From a virus (Duplodnaviria > Caudoviricetes), in the IMG/VR virus record IMGVR_UViG_3300028591_000124, positions 48,403-112,402 of that record: DNA of 64,000 nucleotides. One strand, given 5' to 3'. A program made the translations under genes and the position numbers. Below the pieces are notes generated by a model. The model was not told the origin of the DNA. It did not search any database and worked only from the letters and a program-made list of their open reading frames with translations. Below are positions 21,418 through 29,939 of this stretch, one piece after another. The stretch's first letter is position 1. Each line of letters begins with the position of its first letter.

Positions 21418-21974
21418 AATTGTGTGATTTTTGATTGTTATAGAGATTTAAAATCCAACCGATAATCGTTACAAAACCGCTTCCATGAACGAATGCTCAT
21501 TTCATAAGAATCATACTCTTCGTCAAAGATAGCCTTGATTCTGGGATGGTCCTCCAGAAAGCACTTCAAGAACTGCCTGAAGAGACCACCATGAAATTCC
21601 ATATATACAACTTTACTCTTCATCTTCCGAATCCTCTTCTTCGTCTTCATTGATGTAATGCTTCCAGATTTCTGGATACTCATAGATATAAGATGCAGCA
21701 TCGTCGATTTCTTCAAGTGCTTCGCGCTCAGAAAGAGATTTGAGATTGCCATATCCATTATAGCGGATATATCCATCTTCCCAATCAACGTCGCCAAAAC
21801 AAATATGGCGAACAAGAGTCATTTTGTCTGAACCTGAGTAATTGTCCTCAAAGAACTGTTCGTCGAATGTTGAAATCATTTCATCAGGATTGTGCTCTAT
21901 GCAATACTCCTGATGACACTGAAGTTTCTGCTGGAACGTCAATTCGTCCCACAACTCCATAAATCTTTCTTCTG

Positions 21975-22553
21975 TCATGATGCTTTCTTTTTAGGTTTGA
22001 ACTCAACCTCATACTGGTCAAATGCATCGTCCCAGGCAACTTTCTTCATGGTGCCACCAAAGAACTCAGCAATACGATAGTAGCAATTCTCTCCGACACC
22101 ATAATCAAAGTGTGGGAACCAGCCGTTTAGAGTCATTCCATAAGGAACTTGTTTCTTGGTACGACGCATTCTCCAAGCCATTCCAGACATAAAATCATTG
22201 AAAATCTGGGAAAGCACAGTAGAAGCCTTGTCATAGCCACAACCGCTGCAAGTATAACCATCACGATACTCGCCAGTTCCGTCTTGATATGTGACCCAAA
22301 CGCGCCCATGAGGATTATAACCCCACACAGAAGAACGCTTCCAGCTCAACTTAATAGTCATAGACCGAATATCCTTACGATTGGCTTTCTGCTCATACTG
22401 GGCATTCAGTTTCTTAAGATGGTTCATGAAACCGCGCTCTGTCTTGTATTCACTCTGTTTCTTTTCAAAAGCAATTTTCTCTTTATGGAGATACGGAAAT
22501 TGCTTACACATTTCTCTTATAGTCATAGCTTTATTATTAACAGTTATTCCCAT
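21975..22553 (-). CDS. conserved phage hypothetical protein
   Basis: GCGYDKAS motif. Confidence 0.7.
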   Translation of the reverse strand: MGITVNNKAMTIREMCKQFPYLHKEKIAFEKKQSEYKTERGFMNHLKKLNAQYEQKANRKDIRSMTIKLSWKRSSVWGYNPHGRVWVTYQDGTGEYRDGYTCSGCGYDKASTVLSQIFNDFMSGMAWRMRRTKKQVPYGMTLNGWFPHFDYGVGENCYYRIAEFFGGTMKKVAWDDAFDQYEVEFKPKKKAS

Positions 22554-22956
22554 TCAGTCCAATAAAAATCAGTTCTGTTCATAGCAGTATCCAAATACTC
22601 GCTACGTTCATCATCAGTCAGTTCTTCATACTTTTTCTGGCAGTTATCCCATTCCATAGCCTGCTTGATAAAATTCTCATCACTCATTCTGTAACGAAAA
22701 TCTTCAATAGACTCGTTGAAGAACTTGGCAGCGCATTCATCAGAGCAAACAACAGTGGCATCCAACACCCAACCCTCAACCATGAGCTCACCGCAAATCT
22801 CACAGACGCGGCAGCACTCCAAGTCGTATTCGTCAATTACCTCTTGCTTTTCATCTGCATTACCTGTTAAAAGTTTTACGAATTCTTTATTGGCTTTCGC
22901 TTTGCTGCCAACTGCTTCAAGAATGCACTCATAGATATGATTATAATTCTTAGTCT

Positions 22957-23562
22957 TCATAATCCGCCATTATATACTGGAACATCGATTTCCTCCAAAT
23001 CAAATGCATCCACACTACCAAGATATGTGTAGAGCTCATCAGAACAACTGTTCTCAGAAGATGCGATACGGCCAACCAGTTTCACATTGCCGTTATCGTC
23101 CATACTGATTCTGTGAACATAGAAATAATGCACGTCGGTATCGGTGATATGAACTTCATCAACCTTACACTTAATGCATGGGCAGTTCTGGAATTCATCT
23201 TCGTCATTCTCGTCATTTACCATATCAGATGGCAAGAACTCCCAAGTCTTATCTTCCCAAGTGGCCAGACAATCCGAAATACGTCTTGTCTCTCGGTCAC
23301 GAATGATCCTCTCCAGATTGCGGGCTGGGAGCTTCTTGAATATCTCAAATGTAGCTGCCAACCCCTCAATATCCATCTGAGCCTCTTCCTCGGTCAAGTC
23401 ATTGGAAAACAACTCATCATTTACCAATGTCCGATAACGCTCATTCGGCCATTCAAAATCAGGATCAACCTCTATCCGAAGTCTTATGCCGTAGATACCA
23501 AGTTTTTCCTTGTATGGCTTGGCGAACTGCTCCAGACTCTTTAATATTTCACTTTTATCCAT
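22957..23562 (-). CDS. hypothetical protein
   Basis: 201-aa ORF in (-) run. Confidence 0.7.
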   Translation of the reverse strand: MDKSEILKSLEQFAKPYKEKLGIYGIRLRIEVDPDFEWPNERYRTLVNDELFSNDLTEEEAQMDIEGLAATFEIFKKLPARNLERIIRDRETRRISDCLATWEDKTWEFLPSDMVNDENDEDEFQNCPCIKCKVDEVHITDTDVHYFYVHRISMDDNGNVKLVGRIASSENSCSDELYTYLGSVDAFDLEEIDVPVYNGGL

Positions 23563-23739
23563 TTTACTTTGAAAAATAATGCTTACACTTTTCTTTACCG
23601 AAATATATTTTCTCAGGAATAACCGGATAACACTCTGGGCACCCAGTCAAAATACACTCGTCACGGGTAGGAGCGTAACAAATACATGTGGGACACTGAT
23701 ACGCAATATTAATCTGAATTAAGTTCCATTATAGTCTCG

Positions 23740-23890
23740 TCACGTTACTTTATTTGTTAGATTCAATCCTGATTATGAAGGATGCTGACCGGCGTTTACA
23801 GCCTACGTTGGAGGGTTTCAACGCCGGTCAGCATCGTATTAAGAATCAGGATGCATGAACCATGACTATCTCAAAGAACATTGGCCGTGA
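23740..23890. ncRNA. solitary eighth unit of the RT-associated hairpin array
   Basis: CTTTA-TTTGT-TAGAT (to 23762), hairpin 23766-23852 including a 16-bp perfect stem GATGCTGACCGGCGTT/AACGCCGGTCAGCATC, TGAAC 23856-60, arms TCACG/CGTGA. Confidence 0.75.
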
Positions 23891-23908
23891 TACCATTTCC
23901 GTCATGAT

Positions 23909-24988
23909 TTATGCAAGACCCATACGTTTCATACGTTTGGCCTCAGACCACTCGGCACGTTTCTTTTGGATGTTGATACCGTTGTCTGTGATAAGCTTCT
24001 TCATGAGTCCGAAGAGTCTCCAGCCCTCACCAGCATACTCTGTTGCCTTGGTCATGAGCAACTGGAGAGAAGCGTCCTTTGAGAGCATACGGCCACGCTT
24101 ATCCCTCATGACGCAGCGATGGAACAAGATCATGTTCTTCATCGTATAGAACGCACCAGCACCCTTGTATGCGTCAATCCAGCGGGCACTGCAAGGAGTC
24201 TGCCAATCCAGTCCGATTCTCTTTGTGTTGAACAGACGGAAAGCATGATACAACTTATCAGGGTCATTGTGAATCATCGAAATCTTGCAGCGGACAGACT
24301 TCAACGGATTGAGAACCTTGGCATCGATGTCAGATACGAAGACGTTCTTACCGCCAATGCAGATATACGGAACGCCCTTACACTTGTGGAGGTGTTTGCG
24401 CTGCTTCTCGTTGATGACTTTCTGGAGTTTCTTCAGATAATCATCGATCATGGCCAGCACAACCTCGCCATTAAACCAACGATTACGCTCACGGAAGTTC
24501 TCCATATCTTTCTTCCAGAGCTTAGCCTGAACACGCAACTCTTCTTCAGTCATCTGCCATGTGTACTTGAATCCCTTGGAGTGAACCCACGCAACGAATC
24601 CCTTACCATAGTATCCGTCATAAACGATTCCCTGGAATACCTGAGCCATCACCCAGCGACGAAAAAGGTCTCTGTTTGGAACTGTACCGGCATCGAAGAT
24701 AGCTCTCAGTACAGGGTCATCAGCAGTCACAGGAACTGGAGTATCGCCTTCCCACTTCATCATCTTCTCCTCACCACTTGGAGTCTTCATGGAGAAATAC
24801 TTGGTGATGTCGATACCAGCGGTCTTCAGCTGTTCCTGACGATCCTTCAGTTTCATGTAGATGGTTCCAAGACCAGAGTCAGCACCAATTACCGTCGCAT
24901 TCTTTACCTGGCACTCATGCTCATTGATTTCGAACTCTGCACCGCAATTGGGGCATACCAACTTTGTTTCGTTTTTCTTTGTTCCCAT
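23909..24988 (-). CDS. hypothetical protein, candidate RT-system partner (N-terminal CxxC)
   Basis: 359 aa, basic, CPNC, LFRRWVMAQ and WIDAYKGAGAFYT segments; lies between the array and the solitary unit. Confidence 0.85.
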   Translation of the reverse strand: MGTKKNETKLVCPNCGAEFEINEHECQVKNATVIGADSGLGTIYMKLKDRQEQLKTAGIDITKYFSMKTPSGEEKMMKWEGDTPVPVTADDPVLRAIFDAGTVPNRDLFRRWVMAQVFQGIVYDGYYGKGFVAWVHSKGFKYTWQMTEEELRVQAKLWKKDMENFRERNRWFNGEVVLAMIDDYLKKLQKVINEKQRKHLHKCKGVPYICIGGKNVFVSDIDAKVLNPLKSVRCKISMIHNDPDKLYHAFRLFNTKRIGLDWQTPCSARWIDAYKGAGAFYTMKNMILFHRCVMRDKRGRMLSKDASLQLLMTKATEYAGEGWRLFGLMKKLITDNGINIQKKRAEWSEAKRMKRMGLA

Positions 24989-25023
24989 AATTGTAACTTT
25001 TTAAATGTTAATGATGTTAATTG

Positions 25024-25476
25024 TTATTTTTTACCGTCAATCCACTCTCGCAGAATAACTAAATCTTTGTCGTTTTGTGATTGCCAGAACCACTTTCCCA
25101 TGTTGTCCTCGTCCCATACGAATAAACCAGACAGGACCCAACACAACAGATATGACTCCAGCCTAAATTGAGCAACTTCCCTGTCAATTCCGTACAACAT
25201 ATCGTCATCGCTCAATTCATTGATTTTGAGTGCTTTGAAATATCGCCTCTGTTTGTTGTCATTTCGTTCAGACGGTCTGGAATGTTTGTACTCTTGATAG
25301 AGATCTTCCAGAACCGATATACTGAAGCAATTCGTATCAGTCAATTGGCCGTCATACTCGCCATTCTTGACCAGATACTTCTTATCAATGCTCAGGTTTC
25401 TCTCTGTGAGATTGACCTTGAACTTCGCACCAGCTTCTATAGCCTCCAGTGCTTGTTGGATAATTGTTTGTTTCAT
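25024..25476 (-). CDS. hypothetical protein, candidate RT-system partner
   Basis: ~150 aa from ATG 25476 (ORF track gives 25506); YKHSRPSER and KWFWQS..DLVILREW segments. Confidence 0.8.
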   Translation of the reverse strand: MKQTIIQQALEAIEAGAKFKVNLTERNLSIDKKYLVKNGEYDGQLTDTNCFSISVLEDLYQEYKHSRPSERNDNKQRRYFKALKINELSDDDMLYGIDREVAQFRLESYLLCWVLSGLFVWDEDNMGKWFWQSQNDKDLVILREWIDGKK

Positions 25477-25489
25477 CTTTGTCTTGTTT

Positions 25490-26716
25490 TTAAAAGATAC
25501 ATTCAAGTCCTTGGCGTGTTACTGTATTTTTCAGATTGATTCCGGTGGGTACATCCGAACGGACCATCTCGGATTCTGAGATCGGTCCTCGGATGTGTCT
25601 AAACCGGATGAATGAAACAGTCGGACTGCTCATGTATCTACGTTCACGCTCCGCATCTGGATTCCTGTGATATGGTACATTATCTGTAAATTTCAGATCA
25701 GTACAGTTGTTAAGCTCATAAGATGACAGCCGGAGATCAAAGTGTTGATCGCCTGCTGTCATAAGATGAGCTATAGCAAACTGTAATATGAATTTGTCAC
25801 CCTTATCCAGATCCCATGTACTTGGTATGTTTTGCCAACAACCCAAATGGCTTGTCACATTTCTATATTCTTCAGATAACTCCAGCGTAAGAAGCACTTC
25901 TGAGGGTGACATAAGCTTTATGTAATGAAGCATGTCCTCCTCGTGAAGGGCTATTCTACGCTGGGATTTGAATTTGCCATCCCCTGTTGTAGGCTTCTGT
26001 GACAGATTATTTTTGCGATTCCTCAAATGCTCATGACACATTGCTGTATTTTTCAGATGTTGCGAGCCAGCGTCAACTGTCTTCTGGAAGCGGGTACGAC
26101 GGGATTGGTGTTTCCCGTCGCACCAGCTGTAAGAAGATGTGTAGACGCTGAACCTGAAAAAGAATCCTTGGAATCGCCCTCTGTGCTGAGAATATGTGGC
26201 ATCATGCAGACCCGCATCTTTCTTTATGTTACAGATACTTAGATGGCAGAGCCATTTGGAAAGATCGCGGCGGCTGTTGGATATAACAGTGCCGCGATCA
26301 TTCCGATACATTTGCCATCTCAGTTGAATCATCGTCTGCCAAATACCACCGTAGTTTATGCTAACGACTGAGAAGGACATCATGCAGACTGCACTTTTCT
26401 TTAGTCTCCAGATATTTAACCAGGACGAACTGGGAGGAATCCTGGAGTCATGCGGGTCATAGACCGGCCAATGACCCTGGATACCTCCCAGTATCCAATC
26501 CTGGTGCTTTGAATAAACTGCCATTTGTCCTATGCATTGTGCTATGCTGGAACACTCACCATCGTGGCGCATACCTTTACGATTCAGATTGAACTCTGTG
26601 GAACTGAAGGCTGAGATGCACGACTCACACACAGGATATTGTCCTGTCTGAGAGTCGAAATCTCGCCTTCTTGTCCCCAGAGGAATGAATGTGTGATGTC
26701 TTGTGTTCCGTTCCAT
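25490..26716 (-). CDS. 408-codon ORF running through the hairpin array (protein function doubtful, frame apparently selected)
   Basis: Uninterrupted frame; atypical S/R/H/C/W-rich composition; stop-avoiding substitutions in array motifs. Confidence 0.45.
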   Translation of the reverse strand: MERNTRHHTFIPLGTRRRDFDSQTGQYPVCESCISAFSSTEFNLNRKGMRHDGECSSIAQCIGQMAVYSKHQDWILGGIQGHWPVYDPHDSRIPPSSSWLNIWRLKKSAVCMMSFSVVSINYGGIWQTMIQLRWQMYRNDRGTVISNSRRDLSKWLCHLSICNIKKDAGLHDATYSQHRGRFQGFFFRFSVYTSSYSWCDGKHQSRRTRFQKTVDAGSQHLKNTAMCHEHLRNRKNNLSQKPTTGDGKFKSQRRIALHEEDMLHYIKLMSPSEVLLTLELSEEYRNVTSHLGCWQNIPSTWDLDKGDKFILQFAIAHLMTAGDQHFDLRLSSYELNNCTDLKFTDNVPYHRNPDAERERRYMSSPTVSFIRFRHIRGPISESEMVRSDVPTGINLKNTVTRQGLECIF

Positions 26717-26722
26717 GCGCTA
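25513..26722. repeat. array of seven structurally conserved, sequence-divergent hairpin units (putative ncRNA/cDNA templates)
   Basis: CAGAT at 25532, 25694, 25873, 26054, 26232, 26409 and 26585, each preceded by CTNTA-N5 and followed by a 68-89 nt hairpin and TGAAT/TGAAA. Confidence 0.9.
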
Positions 26723-26734
26723 TCTCTTCACAAA

Positions 26735-28009
26735 TTACAACTGAGCAACTAATGTGTTGTAGACTCCACGACGAGTCTTGATAGCGTTAGCCATACAAGA
26801 GATAGTCATGTATCCATCCAGTTTGTCACCAGTCTTAGTTCTGTTTGCCTTGACATTTCTACCGATACCGCGAGACACACAGCCGTCCTTGCCGTCACGA
26901 ATAAATCCAAGACCGCCAATTTTTGTCTTCCCAGTCTTGACAGCCCTGAGAGCATCCATCACGAACTTGTTCAATTCATCCAGGTCTTTCTTGACGTTGA
27001 CAATCGGAAGAACTTGTGTGGCCCACGAAAACTCGCCATTGCCTTTGTAGAGATACCGATTAACGGCATTCAAAGCTCTGGTGAATGTGGTGCCATGCTT
27101 TTTTATTGTCCTGTCCTCAATTTCTTTCTGGAATGATTTGATACGTGACTTGGCCAGTGTTATGTTGTCTTTGTTTCGGCTAAGATTCAACGCAAATCCC
27201 AGGAACTTGAACCACTTGCCACGCTCCAGATATTCAACCTTTTTGGGATTCAGCTTCATATCCATCTTATCAAGCTCCTGTGTCAATGCAGCCATAGAAC
27301 TGAGGTATTTATCACCAATGAACAGCATATCATCTGAATATCTCACATAATAGCCAAGTTCACTCAGTTTCTTGTCCGTCTCGTACAGGATCACATCTGC
27401 CAGCCAACTCGCTACCGAACATCCTTGTTTCAAAGACTGGTATGCAGACTGAAGCTTACCGTCCGTATCAAAGTAGAAATCCGAATGGTAATACTTTCTC
27501 AGGACATCGATTACAGCACTCTTTCCGTGTTTATCCTCAACCATATTAAAAGCTGCATCGATACACCAAATAGGCACAGAATCAAAATACTTGCTAAGGT
27601 CCGATTTCCATCCCAGCATATCGCCACTGACCTTGTGCGAGTGCTCAGCAATCTGTTGTACTACCATGCCACAGCCAATGCCCTTACGATAAGCCTTACA
27701 GCTATCATGGATACGCTCAGGAGTAAGTTCAAACAAAAGGTCGTTTGCAATACTCAGAATGATACGGTCAATCGGCTCATTTACATATACAGTCCGGAAC
27801 TCGCCAGGAGTATCTTTTGGTATCTGTGCTGTATGAGGAGGTGCAATCTCATACTTACCAGCTTTCATCAACTGGTATATCTGAGCTCTTGTCTCTTCTT
27901 TCGTCAATTGGTAAAGATACGCCCTATTGATGTCCTTACCGACACCCTTTTCAATTGCATACTCCCAACGCTGAGGTTCGAAGAACATTTCTAAAATCTT
28001 GTCATTCAT
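26735..28009 (-). CDS. reverse transcriptase (stand-alone, unclassified)
   Basis: IPK..GEFR..DRI, KSDLSKYFDSV (motif A), LKQGCSVAS (B), YVRYSDD (C), LNPKK, FKFLGF. Confidence 0.95.
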   Translation of the reverse strand: MNDKILEMFFEPQRWEYAIEKGVGKDINRAYLYQLTKEETRAQIYQLMKAGKYEIAPPHTAQIPKDTPGEFRTVYVNEPIDRIILSIANDLLFELTPERIHDSCKAYRKGIGCGMVVQQIAEHSHKVSGDMLGWKSDLSKYFDSVPIWCIDAAFNMVEDKHGKSAVIDVLRKYYHSDFYFDTDGKLQSAYQSLKQGCSVASWLADVILYETDKKLSELGYYVRYSDDMLFIGDKYLSSMAALTQELDKMDMKLNPKKVEYLERGKWFKFLGFALNLSRNKDNITLAKSRIKSFQKEIEDRTIKKHGTTFTRALNAVNRYLYKGNGEFSWATQVLPIVNVKKDLDELNKFVMDALRAVKTGKTKIGGLGFIRDGKDGCVSRGIGRNVKANRTKTGDKLDGYMTISCMANAIKTRRGVYNTLVAQL

Positions 28010-28395
28010 AACTGATAGAATTGGTCTTGTTGTACCAACCAGTTTCTGTTGTCCTTAAACAACTGGTCGATGATTGCTTTGTAAACAGCTATCTCAGTAA
28101 ACCCATAAACTTCGTCGAGATTTATCCAGCAGTCAAATTCAAGACCGCTGTCATCATCACTCTCCAGAAAGATTTCGATTTTGTCGCCATTTGACCCAAG
28201 ATTTACGGATGAGCACTGGACCTTATAATATCGCCTTGTGCTAACTGGGTCTTGAACAAAAACGAATGGCGCAATCTTCTCAGAGAAATCAAACAGATAC
28301 CCAGATCCGTTTTCACCAAACTTTTTATAATATGCCCTGAGAATGGAGAGAACCGATTTACGAATCTCTCCACTCATTTTCTTAATGTCTATCAT
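28006..28395 (-). CDS. hypothetical protein, stop overlaps the RT start
   Basis: 129 aa with ATGA overlaps at both ends. Confidence 0.7.
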   Translation of the reverse strand: MIDIKKMSGEIRKSVLSILRAYYKKFGENGSGYLFDFSEKIAPFVFVQDPVSTRRYYKVQCSSVNLGSNGDKIEIFLESDDDSGLEFDCWINLDEVYGFTEIAVYKAIIDQLFKDNRNWLVQQDQFYQL

Positions 28396-29408
28396 ACTGT
28401 TGGTGCCATTACGTACTGGTCGATGAAGCTTACCATAGCCTCATTCTGAGGAAACAGCTGGGTAGTATCCATGAGCTGAGGCTTGTACATGTCATTTGCG
28501 ATAGAGTAGAAGTCCCATGCCGTCACTTGCTGATTGTGAGCGTTACGAAGTAGCAGCTGCTCAGTCATAGAGTGAATCTGCCAGTCATTCAGTGGATACG
28601 TACCATTGAGCTTGATTTCCTTGTACTTTGTATCACAGGCAACACGGGTAGCATCCAGCATACCGATCAGCATGAAGATCTTGGCAGGAGGAATCACGGT
28701 TGCTTTCATGCGGGCAATCTTCTGGTCATCCTGGAATGTGATATTGTGAATGTTCTGCATCCACTCAACAACCTTATTGAGAACGTCCGTGTATGTAACT
28801 CTCTCCTTAACACGGCCCTGGCCTCTTGTATATGTCCTGATGATGCGGTCAGCACCAAGAATTGTCTGGTTGTGACAGATACGGACATTTCTACCGATTG
28901 CAACTTCCAGACCCTGCTGATTATAGCCGATTGCAAGAGACTGGTCGCTCTCGCCATCGTCAAAGCCATTGATATGGATAGTAGAATAGATACGGCGAAC
29001 CGTATATGCTGCAACATTCAGCTCAGCCTGCGGGTCGAATGTCAATGTCTTGGAAATATCCTTGTTGAGGGACACACCGGGATACTGTGAACCTCCAGCC
29101 TTTGCAGCGAACATGTCAAATACCTCAGGCTCCAAACCGGCATCCTTGACAATATCCATTACACGCTCAATCAACTCGAAGTGGTGAATACCGTGCATCG
29201 GTTGGCCACCATTCAACTCACGATTGGTCTTCTTGAGCTGTTCGAGAGTGATGTCCTGTGTCTTGAATTCTTCCCAGTTCTTGAAGTGGTCTGGGTCATA
29301 CACTGTAACAGCTGTCTCCTGAGCTGCCTCTGCCATAGATTCCTGTGCTACTGTTGGCATTTCAATGCCTTGATTGAAGTCAATACCTCCAAAAATTCCG
29401 TTGTTCAT
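28392..29408 (-). CDS. DUF932-like protein
   Basis: HFELI, RRIYSTIHI, GRNVRICHNQ and TAWDFY segments. Confidence 0.65.
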   Translation of the reverse strand: MNNGIFGGIDFNQGIEMPTVAQESMAEAAQETAVTVYDPDHFKNWEEFKTQDITLEQLKKTNRELNGGQPMHGIHHFELIERVMDIVKDAGLEPEVFDMFAAKAGGSQYPGVSLNKDISKTLTFDPQAELNVAAYTVRRIYSTIHINGFDDGESDQSLAIGYNQQGLEVAIGRNVRICHNQTILGADRIIRTYTRGQGRVKERVTYTDVLNKVVEWMQNIHNITFQDDQKIARMKATVIPPAKIFMLIGMLDATRVACDTKYKEIKLNGTYPLNDWQIHSMTEQLLLRNAHNQQVTAWDFYSIANDMYKPQLMDTTQLFPQNEAMVSFIDQYVMAPTV

Positions 29409-29446
29409 AATCGTAACTGTTTAATTGTGATTGTTGTTAATATTAT

Positions 29447-29935
29447 TTAGAAGTGGAACGACACAACTCCACCGATATAGAGTTTGTCACCAGGTTTTAA
29501 ATTCTTAAAGAGAGTCAACACAAAGTCACCAAGAGGATCTGGGCCATTGTCGCTCGGATAACCGCAAGTCCAGTTCGTCCATACATACCGGTCCCAATTC
29601 CTACAATGAGACTGCTGACAGATTTTCTGCAAATCCCAGAACGACAATGATTCAGATGGATTCAATTTTGCAGCTGCATCCTGAGCGGCTTTTATCCATT
29701 CATTGATGAAATCATTGCATCCTTTGAACGTGAGCTCACGGCCATTCCTTTCGAAGAAGAGTTCAAAAATCGGGTCGTTTGCTTCAATTTCTCGGATTTG
29801 CTCTTCTGGAGTCAGTTCATCGTCCATGTAGTCGCGCCAATCATTGTAGCACTCTTCTTCATAGTCAGAAGGGTGTATGTAGTCCTCTTCTGAGATTGGC
29901 TGAGTTGAAATCTGAAAAATCTTGTAGTATGACAT
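29447..29935 (-). CDS. hypothetical acidic protein
   Basis: IFQISTQPI...YIGGVVSFHF. Confidence 0.75.
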   Translation of the reverse strand: MSYYKIFQISTQPISEEDYIHPSDYEEECYNDWRDYMDDELTPEEQIREIEANDPIFELFFERNGRELTFKGCNDFINEWIKAAQDAAAKLNPSESLSFWDLQKICQQSHCRNWDRYVWTNWTCGYPSDNGPDPLGDFVLTLFKNLKPGDKLYIGGVVSFHF

Positions 29936-29939
29936 AGTT

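Noticed and set aside
24119-25171. 350-aa + strand ORF
   Set aside because: Antisense shadow of two credible - strand genes with biased codons; no recognisable features.
25513-26722. CRISPR array
   Set aside because: No near-identical direct repeats, a period of ~178 bp, long hairpins in the variable part and no cas genes.
26400-28400. Group II intron around the RT
   Set aside because: No domain V/VI sequence after the ORF, and the upstream DNA is coding and overlaps the RT start, leaving no room for domains I-III.
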